From a virus (Duplodnaviria; Caudoviricetes): a stretch of 52,603 bases of DNA. The stretch lies in IMG/VR virus record IMGVR_UViG_3300017704_000980, positions 1 through 52,603 of that record. One strand, written 5' to 3'. A program made the position numbers and the translations under genes. Shown in pieces: positions 10,337 to 19,665 of the stretch. A model generated the notes under the pieces. The model saw only the letters and a program-made list of their open reading frames with translations. It was not told where the DNA came from and ran no database searches. Positions within the stretch are counted from its first letter, which is position 1. Each line of letters starts with the position of its first letter.

Positions 10337-13300
10337 TTAGATTTGATATGCCTGATCACCTTGATGATCTGTAACAACTTCAGCCATTTTCTTACCATCA
10401 ACAACAAGATTGACGACCACTGGCTTATCCCAATCACCACCATTTTCAAGACTAGAACCTGGAGCGCGCCTGTTTGGTCTTGTTGTACCTGGTGAGCTTG
10501 TAGTACCATTACCGCTTGAGTTTGTTCCAACACCGCCAGTTGCAGATTTAGAAATTGGTGTGGCTGACTGAGGAACAGTGACTGCTCCACCTCCTCCGCC
10601 ATCAGAAGACTGTGACATCTTACCAGTGCCAATAGCCATAGAATCGAACTCCTGTAGATATGCATCACGTTCAGAGTTCGTCATTCTGTTACCAAGTAGT
10701 ACTGCTAATAGACCTTCAGATTCTTGCCAACCAAATCCAGTTTCGTCCGCTATGGCCTTGACAGTAAGATCCCATGAACCATCACCAGGTCCACGACCAA
10801 TAGCATTCATCAAATCCTTTGGTCTATTGAAGTGCTTAAAACTACCCTTTTTGAGGGCATCCTTAATACCACGGGTCTTATTGATAACATCTTTTCTAGC
10901 AGTCTTCTTATTTTTACCCTTCATCAGTTTACCAATAACTAATTTACCAACCATATACGCACCAGCTGCAGCCATAAAGGCTGGGTTACCAGAAGTCATA
11001 CCAGCCACAGCGAGAGAATCACCAACTGCTACGAGTGATTCTCCAACAGATCCACCTTGAGCAAAAGTAGAAAGGCCGGCCATTCCAGCTTGGCCACCTG
11101 GACCTTGCATAAACTGGCCTACCTGTCCCATTTTACCACCTTGGGCGGCCAGCTTGCCGCCGGCCCAATCCATACCTTGCTGAGCATGACCCGATTGTAC
11201 CAACTGGCCAGCCACTCCTCTTGCACCTCCATTTTGCCAAGCATTTACATAACTCATACCGGTAGCAACTATATTGCCAATGTCACCAAGCTTTTTAGTT
11301 ACACTATCCCATAATGGTTGCATACCTTCTTTAAGCTGGCTAATTGAATCTTGCCAAGCCTGAGGAACCATAGTTTCATATACATGTTTCAGTGTAGTAC
11401 CTGTAGCCATTTCAAAGGCACCAACAGCACCCTTGAACATAGAACCAATACCACGCCAATCGCGAGATCTTCTATCCTCAAGTTTAAGTTGCCTTCTGAA
11501 GATTTCATCCTCTTCCTTACGAAGATCTGCTCTATATGAATCTGCCTGAGCCTTGAATTCTGCTTCTCTTCTTCTTTGTGCAGACGGATCGGCAGCACTA
11601 CCAAGAGTACCTTGACCTGACATGCCTGCAGCAGCTTGCTGTGCTTGAGCCAGTGGGATAATAGATCCACCTCTTGCCAAGCCATGCTTATAGCTCTTAT
11701 TCGATCCGCCATTGAATGGAACAATCATTTCTGGACCAGCTTCACCTACAAGAACTCTAGTTGGCTTGGTGATTATACCACCCTTTGCTTGACCACTTAG
11801 AGGACGAGCTTGCGGAACAATACCAGAGCTAAGATCCATATGACTACCAGCATATGCAGACATTGCACCACCAGCTATCAAAGCAAGACCCGACGCTGCG
11901 TTTTGTGCCGTAGTGCCCAGAACTTCAAGAGTAGTAGCAGCATCTTTAGCTTGCTGATCAAGTAGACCAACACCTCTTTCAACAGCTTCGGCGGATACAT
12001 CAACATCAGCAAGGATATCTTTAATAGCTTTGCCAGACCTAAGTTGTTTAACCATCTGTGCATCCACTGTGCCACCTGTAGCATCAGCGATAGCCTTTAG
12101 AACAGATCGGCGATCAAAGTTCTGCTTGGATCCCTGCATGGCATTTTGCAGTGTAGTCAATATACCGGCTATATCACCTTCATCAGACATCTGGAACATT
12201 TCTTGGCCAGAAATATTAGAACCAGCACCTAAGATTGCATTCAGTTTTCTAGCTGCGTCTTGGCCACCTTCAATATCCAAGAACGTTTCAGAGACACCAG
12301 CTATCTGAGAAATACTAGCTCCCATTCCCTTAGCCAATGTAGCTGCTTCACGAATATTGGCACCAGCACCAGACCAATGTAATGATACCTGTCTGGAATT
12401 CTGCATAATATCCCTCATAACAAGACCTGCTGAGACACCACTTCTATCCGCAAAGTCGTGGGTCAGTGCAACAAATTTATCCATTTCATCGCCGGTAGCA
12501 CCATATGCTTTGGTCATATTCTCAGCAAAGTCAGCTGCCTCATTAGCATTTACACCATATGCCTTTGTCCAAGTAGTAGCTCTCTTCATCATACTTTCTG
12601 TAGTACCCTGAAGTGTACCAAACTGCTGAGTAAGAGCGACAGCCACATCCTTTACTTCATCTACACTAGCACCATACTTAGACATACTCATTGCAGCCTT
12701 ACCAATATTAACCACCATATCATTGGTATCTTTTCTAGCAAAGCCTGTACTCTTTGTAAGTTCTGCTTTCATTACATCAACACTATGAGCCAACTTAGCT
12801 ATACCTATAGCAAGTCCTGCTACCACTCCAAATATACCAAGCTTGGTGAGTGATAACCCACCACCTGCTCCACTAAATACTTTCATAAAACCTTTATCAA
12901 GAACCTTGCTTATTCTTGGTATGATCTTTTTATCAAAAGCTTCTGCGATTTTATCACCGACCAATGGCATGAACTTGGTGACACCTTTGACTGCATCACT
13001 CAAGCTACCGGTAAACTTATCTGTCATGGCTTGAACTTCCTTCTGGGCCTTGAGCAGTTTAAGTCTATCCTTCTTTTGTGCCTTATCTAATTTTGTAGTT
13101 TTGGTTATCTGCTCTTGAAGATCATCGAGAGCTTTGGTAGTCATCCTACCCATATCAGATAATTCATCTAATGCATCTGCTTGCTTTTCAGCCATGATTC
13201 TCCACTGATCAGCAATCGAAGCGCCCGCTCCCTTCCCAAACAGGGAAGATTCCTGCTGGGCTACTTCTTGAGCTACGGATCTTACATCAGATTTTGCCAT
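10337..13300 (-). CDS. tape measure protein
   Basis: 987 aa Ala/Gly-rich helical protein, AKGGIITKPTRVLVGEAGPEMIVP motif, C-term VVNLVVDGKKMAE; downstream of tube and chaperone. Confidence 0.85.
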   Translation of the reverse strand: MAKSDVRSVAQEVAQQESSLFGKGAGASIADQWRIMAEKQADALDELSDMGRMTTKALDDLQEQITKTTKLDKAQKKDRLKLLKAQKEVQAMTDKFTGSLSDAVKGVTKFMPLVGDKIAEAFDKKIIPRISKVLDKGFMKVFSGAGGGLSLTKLGIFGVVAGLAIGIAKLAHSVDVMKAELTKSTGFARKDTNDMVVNIGKAAMSMSKYGASVDEVKDVAVALTQQFGTLQGTTESMMKRATTWTKAYGVNANEAADFAENMTKAYGATGDEMDKFVALTHDFADRSGVSAGLVMRDIMQNSRQVSLHWSGAGANIREAATLAKGMGASISQIAGVSETFLDIEGGQDAARKLNAILGAGSNISGQEMFQMSDEGDIAGILTTLQNAMQGSKQNFDRRSVLKAIADATGGTVDAQMVKQLRSGKAIKDILADVDVSAEAVERGVGLLDQQAKDAATTLEVLGTTAQNAASGLALIAGGAMSAYAGSHMDLSSGIVPQARPLSGQAKGGIITKPTRVLVGEAGPEMIVPFNGGSNKSYKHGLARGGSIIPLAQAQQAAAGMSGQGTLGSAADPSAQRRREAEFKAQADSYRADLRKEEDEIFRRQLKLEDRRSRDWRGIGSMFKGAVGAFEMATGTTLKHVYETMVPQAWQDSISQLKEGMQPLWDSVTKKLGDIGNIVATGMSYVNAWQNGGARGVAGQLVQSGHAQQGMDWAGGKLAAQGGKMGQVGQFMQGPGGQAGMAGLSTFAQGGSVGESLVAVGDSLAVAGMTSGNPAFMAAAGAYMVGKLVIGKLMKGKNKKTARKDVINKTRGIKDALKKGSFKHFNRPKDLMNAIGRGPGDGSWDLTVKAIADETGFGWQESEGLLAVLLGNRMTNSERDAYLQEFDSMAIGTGKMSQSSDGGGGGAVTVPQSATPISKSATGGVGTNSSGNGTTSSPGTTRPNRRAPGSSLENGGDWDKPVVVNLVVDGKKMAEVVTDHQGDQAYQI

Positions 13301-13308
13301 GTATTATT

Positions 13309-13554
13309 CTATAGATCGAAGCCGTATTGTTTCTGGATATAATCTTCAACGGACAGGCCTGCTTTGCGTGCGGCCTTTTCTACTTCCGATTCGATATTTT
13401 TGATAGCGATCTTAAGCTCCTTGCCTTTAGCACTAAGCTTTTTATCATCTGTAGCAGCGATATCTACTTTACCTGATAAAACACCACTTATGAACTTGAA
13501 AATACCTTCACTGATCATATAGCGATCGCCTTGACGCTCAATAAATTGTTTCAT
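13309..13554 (-). CDS. hypothetical protein
   Basis: strong AAGGAGG SD; preceded by ATATTTAT motif. Confidence 0.7.
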   Translation of the reverse strand: MKQFIERQGDRYMISEGIFKFISGVLSGKVDIAATDDKKLSAKGKELKIAIKNIESEVEKAARKAGLSVEDYIQKQYGFDL

Positions 13555-13578
13555 GAAATCCCTCCTTAGTAGCTAGCT

Positions 13579-13618
13579 AAAATAAATATCCCCAGATAGA
13601 CGAATCTACCTGAGGATA
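13579..13618 (-). terminator. rho-independent terminator (14-bp stem with two G-U pairs, UUCG loop, U-rich tail)
   Basis: minus strand tatcctcaggtaga-ttcg-tctatctggggata-tttatttt. Confidence 0.65.
13582..13589 (-). promoter_or_regulatory. putative late promoter motif ATATTTAT
   Basis: same octamer in six intergenic regions upstream of structural genes. Confidence 0.55.
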
Positions 13619-13625
13619 GTTGTAT

Positions 13626-13851
13626 TTACATACCGGGCATTGGAGGCATCCCTGGCATTCTTTGATTTCCTGGTGTGGGTGCTGGCGTTTTTGCTTCGGT
13701 TTCTTTATTGAGTCTTTGAATCCACCATTTCCTCAACCATACTGGCATTCTGTATACTTCCCAAAATGTTCCAACCTTGCCGTGATAGACGCAATTGAAG
13801 ATTTCTTCATATACGTAAGTGAACTTACTCTCAGATGTCAGGCCAAAAAAA
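13626..13851 (-). CDS. frameshift-accessed C-terminal extension of tail assembly chaperone (FFGLTSESKFTYVYEEIFNCVYHG...MPVWLRKWWIQRLNKE...)
   Basis: 73-codon open +1 frame beginning at the T7 run in GAA TTT TTT TGG; no early start codon/SD; ends just before terminator. Confidence 0.65.
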
Positions 13852-14691
13852 TTCGGGCGTTATAGGAACGTCCACCTCATTCGCCGCTCCACAAGAGTTA
13901 CATGCAAATTGCTGTTTCATAATGACATCAGGTTCATTCTTTTCAATGAACTTCCTAAGCTCTCTAGAATCTCTAACATGCATTCTATCAATGAGCTTAT
14001 AAATGGTTGCTGGAGTGATATCACCGTCGATTGAAACGACTTGTTTCTTGAGAGTGGTAGTTACAGTCTTGTCAATAGGGGAACCCTGTCTTTTCTTAAT
14101 AGCTTCAAGTTCATCCTTCATATCCTTTTCTTCTTTGGACGTAAGATACTTGAAATGTACTACCGATTTAGATGTAGGTAGTTCAAACTCAAATTCATTC
14201 TTACCCGGTTCAACGGGTTCGAGTTCAAGTTCTCTAACTTCAAGAGCTGAAAGATCAAACTGATATCTAGACTGTTCGTTACATTCTGGACAGACTACAT
14301 CAATTGGATACTCAGGACCATAACCACTAACTCGAAGCGAGATCATGATTGCATTTTTATCACCACCATAAAGCATCTTAGGATCAAGAAGCTTATTTAC
14401 TAAGCAGTTCTTCAATACCATATCAATCGCCTCTCCTGAACGGAGAAGGCTCCTTGACGTGAGAATATCCTCCTCTGCTGCAGTCATATGACGAATTTCA
14501 ACACTATTGGTATTGAACAAGGGGTTATCATTGCCGTATAGCAATCCTCTTGTTGGTAGCGCTACCAGATCTGTAGGTACTTCATCTCTGGGTTCGGCTG
14601 CAACCTTTCTCGCTAAATCTTCTGGTGCTTCTGCTTGTCCACCTGCTGATGTGAAATCAACTACTACATCTTTCTTCTTTTCATCTACCAT
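13831..14691 (-). CDS. tail/baseplate assembly chaperone (T4 gp26-like)
   Basis: LPTRGLLY, MTAAEEDILTS, GDKNAIMISLRVSGYG, two CxxC motifs, C-term VPITPEFFWP; between tube and tape measure. Confidence 0.8.
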   Translation of the reverse strand: MVDEKKKDVVVDFTSAGGQAEAPEDLARKVAAEPRDEVPTDLVALPTRGLLYGNDNPLFNTNSVEIRHMTAAEEDILTSRSLLRSGEAIDMVLKNCLVNKLLDPKMLYGGDKNAIMISLRVSGYGPEYPIDVVCPECNEQSRYQFDLSALEVRELELEPVEPGKNEFEFELPTSKSVVHFKYLTSKEEKDMKDELEAIKKRQGSPIDKTVTTTLKKQVVSIDGDITPATIYKLIDRMHVRDSRELRKFIEKNEPDVIMKQQFACNSCGAANEVDVPITPEFFWPDI

Positions 14692-14709
14692 TTAACCTTT
14701 ACTCCTTGT

Positions 14710-15204
14710 TTAATACCTCAATACGCAACGGTCCATTCTAATTGTGATGTCGATCTGCTGCAACTCGGAAGATGCCATATCCAGATCGCCAAATGTAGCT
14801 TCTGTTACCCAAGCACTCTGAATATCCCATTGTTCAACAGGAGCACCGACAGGATCAAGGGAAAGCAATGAGAAGTTCTTCTTATAGAAAGCAGCATATC
14901 CAGCACGGCCGGATAGGTTTTCATAAGAAAGTCTTACCCACTCCATCACTTTTTGTGATGCTGAAGGAGCGATCGGATCATATAGTCCGAGAGTGATTGT
15001 ACCCCACTCAAACTTGCCAGCGATATACCTCTTCGTGTTCATGAAGTCGATCGAGACAGGTTCAACAGTCAGGTTAGGTTTTGAAGCAACACGCGCAATG
15101 AATGTTGGAATTGTGTCGTCATCAAACTGAAAGAGCCATCTATTAGCTCGCTTCGGTTCGTACGCATCAGCCAACATTGTATTGACTTCAAAGGGCTGTG
15201 CCAT
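14710..15204 (-). CDS. tail tube protein (T4 gp19-like)
   Basis: EPKRANRW, GKFEWGTITLGLYDPI.PS.SQKVMEW, YKK..L..LDPVG..VEQW signature. Confidence 0.9.
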   Translation of the reverse strand: MAQPFEVNTMLADAYEPKRANRWLFQFDDDTIPTFIARVASKPNLTVEPVSIDFMNTKRYIAGKFEWGTITLGLYDPIAPSASQKVMEWVRLSYENLSGRAGYAAFYKKNFSLLSLDPVGAPVEQWDIQSAWVTEATFGDLDMASSELQQIDITIRMDRCVLRY

Positions 15205-15241
15205 GCTTTATCTCCAAAAAAGTTCAGTATGCAATACGTCT

Positions 15242-15249
15242 ATAAATAT
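15242..15249 (-). promoter_or_regulatory. putative late promoter motif ATATTTAT
   Basis: 38 nt upstream of tail tube ATG. Confidence 0.55.
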
Positions 15250-15271
15250 TCAGGTAAACGAACTTTTGAGA

Positions 15272-15291
15272 GGGGCCTCCGAAGAGGCCCC
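15272..15291 (-). terminator. GC-rich cUUCGg hairpin after sheath gene (terminator or stabiliser)
   Basis: GGGGCCTC-TTCG-GAGGCCCC perfect stem; U-tract weak. Confidence 0.5.
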
Positions 15292-15297
15292 AATCAA

Positions 15298-17643
15298 TTA
15301 TTCATCGAATACAGCACCACTTGAATTCACGCTAAAGTCGAGCAAAATGATTTCTGCTGCGGCGGTTGGCTTCAAGGCGATAACACCCTTCATCATATTT
15401 CTATCGATGAGATCAGGTGTAGTCGTCGATTCATCCAAGGTAGCTCTGAATTCTGTTAGACCATTAGCTGCCTGAACTTCTGTTAGGTAGTTATTGATCA
15501 TCGTCTCCAGCCTTCTACGAACCGATGGGTTGTTAGGTTCGAATACGAAGAGCCTTGAGAATCCAGCGATTGTCTTACGGACCTCAAGAAGCATCCTTCT
15601 AACGTTCACCTTAGATAGGAGTGAAGCCTTCTTCTGAAGTGTATCCTGACCCCAGACTGCAATTCCCTGACCTGGGAATGTAGCGATTGGGTTAACGTTT
15701 TTGCTGATAAGATCATCTCTCTGACCTTGAGTGAGTCTACGTCTTGCTTCGATGACGTTTTCTACACCACCTCTATTAAAGCCGGCTGGTGCCCACCAAG
15801 GCTGAGCTACTCTATCATTGAAAGCATATGCGGATAGTACTTCGACAGAAGGTGGTACCCAAACGATTCTGTCATTATCTACGTCATTAACACGTACCCA
15901 TGGGTAATATGTAGCTGCGTAGTTGGTATCATACTTATCAACCTCTGACTGTGCAGCTGCAATTGATAGAGCGAGACCACTACCAGTTGTTGTAGCGTCC
16001 GAAATATCCAAGATATAGAATGCATCACCACGAGTGGTAACCATATCGATAACTCTATCAGGAACCTGACCAGCGCCGGATGAGTGAACACCAGGAACTG
16101 CGATCAAGTTAAAGTCATACTCTGTATCATTGCTAAGAATATCGATAGCCTGAACAAAGTCTGCCGAGACAGTACCATCATTGAGACTGGTTAGCTTGTC
16201 TGTACGTGGATCGTATCCATCCCAACCACCATATACTGGGAAGCTAAACCTAAGCTTATTGGTCGAGCTAAAGTTACCACTGTTGCTTCCTACCTGATCG
16301 ATGATCAAGTAAGTGGCAGCGAGGGAAGCAGATCCAGAATAATCAGCAGTAGAAGATATGAACAGCATACCTGGGTCAGCGGAAGATGAACCAGAAGCGC
16401 TTGTCGTTGTCTTCTTGATCCTATCATCAACACCACCAATTGAGAAGTCAGTACCAGCAAAGACGTTGGCATCAACTGCAGCCCCTGCTGGGTTCCTATG
16501 ATCCTGCTTCGTTGGAAGGTCAGGAACACCAGGACCACCGTCGAACTTAGGAACACCCTTGAATCCAGATGGTCTAGCGTCTGCTGGGAAACCATCCTGA
16601 ACCTTGACCCTAATAAACTTGGATCTGTTAGGAAAGTCACCGTTGAACAATAGTTCTGGAGGTGTCTGTGTGAAGTCATAGGCTGGTTCACGGTCACCAA
16701 TTACTCTTCCAATGAATTGCTTAGAAGATGGTGAGAGGTTAACCGTGAATTGCTCTAGTACTACCGGATCTAGATCATTATCTCCAAAGGCTCTTACAAC
16801 AACCGTAAATTCAGGAGCTGCTGTGGTTGTAAGGTCTACCTGAGTAATACCAATCTTAATTTCTCTTTCTGCTCCATTTCCATCAGCCAGCGTGAATACC
16901 TCAAACAGGTTATGAACAGTTCCACCATAGTTTTGTGATACGACCATGGTTGACTGAGCGGGTGAGAACCCACCTGTAACGTTGGTAAACTCTGCTGTAG
17001 CGCTTGCCATCTCTGATAATGCAGCAGCACCACTAATGGTACCTGTGATATCACCAACCTTGTAGTCGTAGACAGCGTCTACATAAACGGCTGTGAGTGT
17101 ATCACCGGCCTTGGATTCGACAGGATCTGTACCAAGCATCTTGCCGATGTAGTTATTGCTGCTTTCAGTCATAGAAAGATTGGTTGCAGTAACACCCTTG
17201 CCAGGAATTGCAAGCGTAAAGTTTGAAGGTGAACCACTAAGTAGTGCTTCCTCCAAATCGCCCCTAAACTTAAGCACACCAAGGACTGTGTTGGTTGCGC
17301 TCAGAGTAGCTGCGTCCGCTGACAGTGAACCAGTAGTTGGGAAGGCTAGCAAAATCGAATTACCGGATTCTGCAGTTGCTCTACCCAAGATCCTAGTGAC
17401 AGTCAACGTACTTGCGTTTCTCAAGTAAGCTTTTGCAGCATAAGGCATATACAGACTTGGATCAGTTCCACCAAATCTTTCCTTAAACTCGCCAAAGCTA
17501 CTGACAATAGTTGGTGAGAAGGCTGGGCCTTTCTTGGTCTGTCCGATTAGGGCAGCGCCAATGGCACCTCCTCCTGCAGCCGGCTGAAATGAATCATCGA
17601 TCTCCTTGGTGTACACACCCGGAGATACGGCGACTTTAGCCAT
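15298..17643 (-). CDS. tail sheath protein (T4 gp18-like)
   Basis: SPGVYTKEID, KGPAFSP, YAATYYPW, VPPS, PWWAPAGFNRG, WGQDTL, VNVRR, FEPN signatures. Confidence 0.95.
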   Translation of the reverse strand: MAKVAVSPGVYTKEIDDSFQPAAGGGAIGAALIGQTKKGPAFSPTIVSSFGEFKERFGGTDPSLYMPYAAKAYLRNASTLTVTRILGRATAESGNSILLAFPTTGSLSADAATLSATNTVLGVLKFRGDLEEALLSGSPSNFTLAIPGKGVTATNLSMTESSNNYIGKMLGTDPVESKAGDTLTAVYVDAVYDYKVGDITGTISGAAALSEMASATAEFTNVTGGFSPAQSTMVVSQNYGGTVHNLFEVFTLADGNGAEREIKIGITQVDLTTTAAPEFTVVVRAFGDNDLDPVVLEQFTVNLSPSSKQFIGRVIGDREPAYDFTQTPPELLFNGDFPNRSKFIRVKVQDGFPADARPSGFKGVPKFDGGPGVPDLPTKQDHRNPAGAAVDANVFAGTDFSIGGVDDRIKKTTTSASGSSSADPGMLFISSTADYSGSASLAATYLIIDQVGSNSGNFSSTNKLRFSFPVYGGWDGYDPRTDKLTSLNDGTVSADFVQAIDILSNDTEYDFNLIAVPGVHSSGAGQVPDRVIDMVTTRGDAFYILDISDATTTGSGLALSIAAAQSEVDKYDTNYAATYYPWVRVNDVDNDRIVWVPPSVEVLSAYAFNDRVAQPWWAPAGFNRGGVENVIEARRRLTQGQRDDLISKNVNPIATFPGQGIAVWGQDTLQKKASLLSKVNVRRMLLEVRKTIAGFSRLFVFEPNNPSVRRRLETMINNYLTEVQAANGLTEFRATLDESTTTPDLIDRNMMKGVIALKPTAAAEIILLDFSVNSSGAVFDE

Positions 17644-17779
17644 CTGTTTTCTCCACTATAAAGTTCGTTCGTCGAAGCGTTGAAGCTAGGAGCGAATGTA
17701 CGTTGCGATTGTTAGTCTCTTAGTACTGCGGCGGGTATGTCTTAGACTATCTACTTTAGGACCTACATTCCCGATCACT

Positions 17780-17787
17780 ATAAATAT
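17780..17787 (-). promoter_or_regulatory. putative late promoter motif ATATTTAT
   Basis: just downstream of a terminator, ~135 nt upstream of sheath ATG. Confidence 0.5.
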
Positions 17788-17803
17788 GGTTCAGAAATCG
17801 CAC

Positions 17804-17837
17804 AAAAAAGGTGCGAGGGAATTTTAACCCCCGCACC
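17804..17837 (-). terminator. rho-independent terminator ending the fibre/modification operon
   Basis: GGTGCGGGGG...CCCTCGCACC stem followed by TTTTTT on minus strand. Confidence 0.7.
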
Positions 17838-17867
17838 GTGGAGAACCAGATTGATAGCTATCTGGCT

Positions 17868-18776
17868 TTACTGTTCTTGTTCCAATTCATAGGTTCCGAA
17901 ATGTGTAGTTGATATGTCTGCTAGATAATGACCTTCACCAACAGCCGAGGTAATATCGGCACCCATAATAAGTGCTCTTACCAATCCTACAATAAACATA
18001 TCCCCAGCGCCGCAGGTATCTACAAGATCAAGATCACGAACTGCATGTGCAGTCTCTTTAATAACCCCTTCACCTTTAGCTTTCCTCCAGCTACCCCTTT
18101 CACTAGTAACAATCACATTGTCTACATCGAGATTATGTATGATCTGATCCATAGGTGTGGCAAAGCCAAGCTCTACATGATCAACAGCATAATCTAGAGC
18201 GGTATCTTCATTGCACTTCAAAATGAAAGCACCCTTCATATTAGGCTTTATCTTCTTTGCGTCGACGATGACTTTTACATTGCGGCTATCCTGCAAGTGA
18301 AGAGCCATACCAAACAGATGTTCATCGATAAAGCCTCTATCATAATCAGACAAAACTATGATGTCCCCTTCTTCGACCAACCTATCTAGATCTATACAAA
18401 ATGAATTGTATGAATCTACTTCTTCAGGTCCTCGATCCATCCTAAGGACACAGATCCCTTCGGTGAAATAACGCTCCTTAACGATCTGCATGGGTGATAA
18501 CACCTCTATAGCGTTTTGCGTGCATTGTGAGTGAATAAGTCGCTCTAAACCATAGCTATACGCTGAAAACAGATGTGTTTTGTAACGCTCCTCAGAAGCA
18601 TCCATCATAGACATAACAGCCAACTGATGAGCTACATTGGCTGCCGATCCTGGCCTATCAACAGAATACCTCTCCCTATACACTGGCACACCATAAGCAG
18701 TGTCAAGTTTGGCCTTCCCTTTATCAAGGAAGGTATTCCTGTCTATGGTGGCTTCACCTAAGATGAAGACATTCAT
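17868..18776 (-). CDS. PfkB-family sugar kinase, HldE/RfaE kinase-domain-like (heptose-7-phosphate kinase)
   Basis: ILGE..IDR, VPV, RPGSAANVA, VLSDYDRG, DTCGAGDMF match RfaE domain I motifs. Confidence 0.75.
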   Translation of the reverse strand: MNVFILGEATIDRNTFLDKGKAKLDTAYGVPVYRERYSVDRPGSAANVAHQLAVMSMMDASEERYKTHLFSAYSYGLERLIHSQCTQNAIEVLSPMQIVKERYFTEGICVLRMDRGPEEVDSYNSFCIDLDRLVEEGDIIVLSDYDRGFIDEHLFGMALHLQDSRNVKVIVDAKKIKPNMKGAFILKCNEDTALDYAVDHVELGFATPMDQIIHNLDVDNVIVTSERGSWRKAKGEGVIKETAHAVRDLDLVDTCGAGDMFIVGLVRALIMGADITSAVGEGHYLADISTTHFGTYELEQEQ

Positions 18777-19100
18777 TTATAGTTCCTCGTCTTCTTCTTC
18801 CTCTTCCTCTTCAGCTGATGCTACTTTCTTTTTGGCCGCCTTTTTGGCAGGTCGCTTCTTTTTCTTAGGAGGTGTTGGCGTTTCATCTTCACCCTCCTTG
18901 GTCTCTTCTTCTTCAGGTGATTCTTCCTTGATAATGATGTTCAACATTTGAAGAGCACCTTGATTTCTAAGAAGATTTGTTCTTGCTTGTTCAAGCTGAA
19001 CTTCCAACTGACCAATTGAAGCAGAAAGTTGGTTCAGAGTATTTTCTTGATCATGCTGCTTTGATTTTAGTTTTTCTACATATTCGTTTTCTTCTACCAC
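18777..19100 (-). CDS. hypothetical coiled-coil protein with basic and acidic tail
   Basis: heptad repeat N-half, KKKKRPAKKAAKKK and poly-E tail. Confidence 0.65.
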   Translation of the reverse strand: MVEENEYVEKLKSKQHDQENTLNQLSASIGQLEVQLEQARTNLLRNQGALQMLNIIIKEESPEEEETKEGEDETPTPPKKKKRPAKKAAKKKVASAEEEEEEEDEEL

Positions 19101-19101
19101 G

Positions 19102-19665
19102 CTATTCCTCCTTGTTAAAATAATACCTACCGATCACTAATACGTCTATGTTCAAATTCAAAAAAGTACTAAGTGCATCTTCAGGAGTTTCTACTATAGG
19201 TTCTCCATTATCATTGAAAGAAGTATTCAGTAACATAGGAACGTCTGTTAACACTCTGAATGATTCTAGCAATAACCATACTCTTTCATTCTGTTCCTTA
19301 TTCACAGTCTGATATCTAGAAGTTCCATCCTCGTGCGTAATGCCCGGAACCTTATCAGGTTGTGTAGAGATAGCAGAAAACATCATATGCGGTGAGGGTC
19401 TATTTGTATCAAACCAATCACTTACATATTCCTCCATTACAATAGGAGCATATGGTCTCCACCATTCCCTATGTTTCACTTCATCGTTAAGATGGTCCTT
19501 TACCCAATCATTTCTTGGATCAGCCAATATGGATCTATTGCCAAGGGCTCTGGGACCGAACTCTGATCTACCTTGAAACCAACCAACGATTTTATCATCA
19601 GCCAAATCAGAAGCCACAATATCTATCATGGGTAGTAGATCTAATTTACTATAGGAGATATTCAA
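19102..19665 (-). CDS. carbamoyltransferase C-terminal (YrdC-like) domain
   Basis: GWFQGRSEFGPRALGNRSILADPR, KHREWWRPYAP, HEDGTSRYQTV, LLNTSFN.GEPIVETP. Confidence 0.9.
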   Translation of the reverse strand: MNISYSKLDLLPMIDIVASDLADDKIVGWFQGRSEFGPRALGNRSILADPRNDWVKDHLNDEVKHREWWRPYAPIVMEEYVSDWFDTNRPSPHMMFSAISTQPDKVPGITHEDGTSRYQTVNKEQNERVWLLLESFRVLTDVPMLLNTSFNDNGEPIVETPEDALSTFLNLNIDVLVIGRYYFNKEE

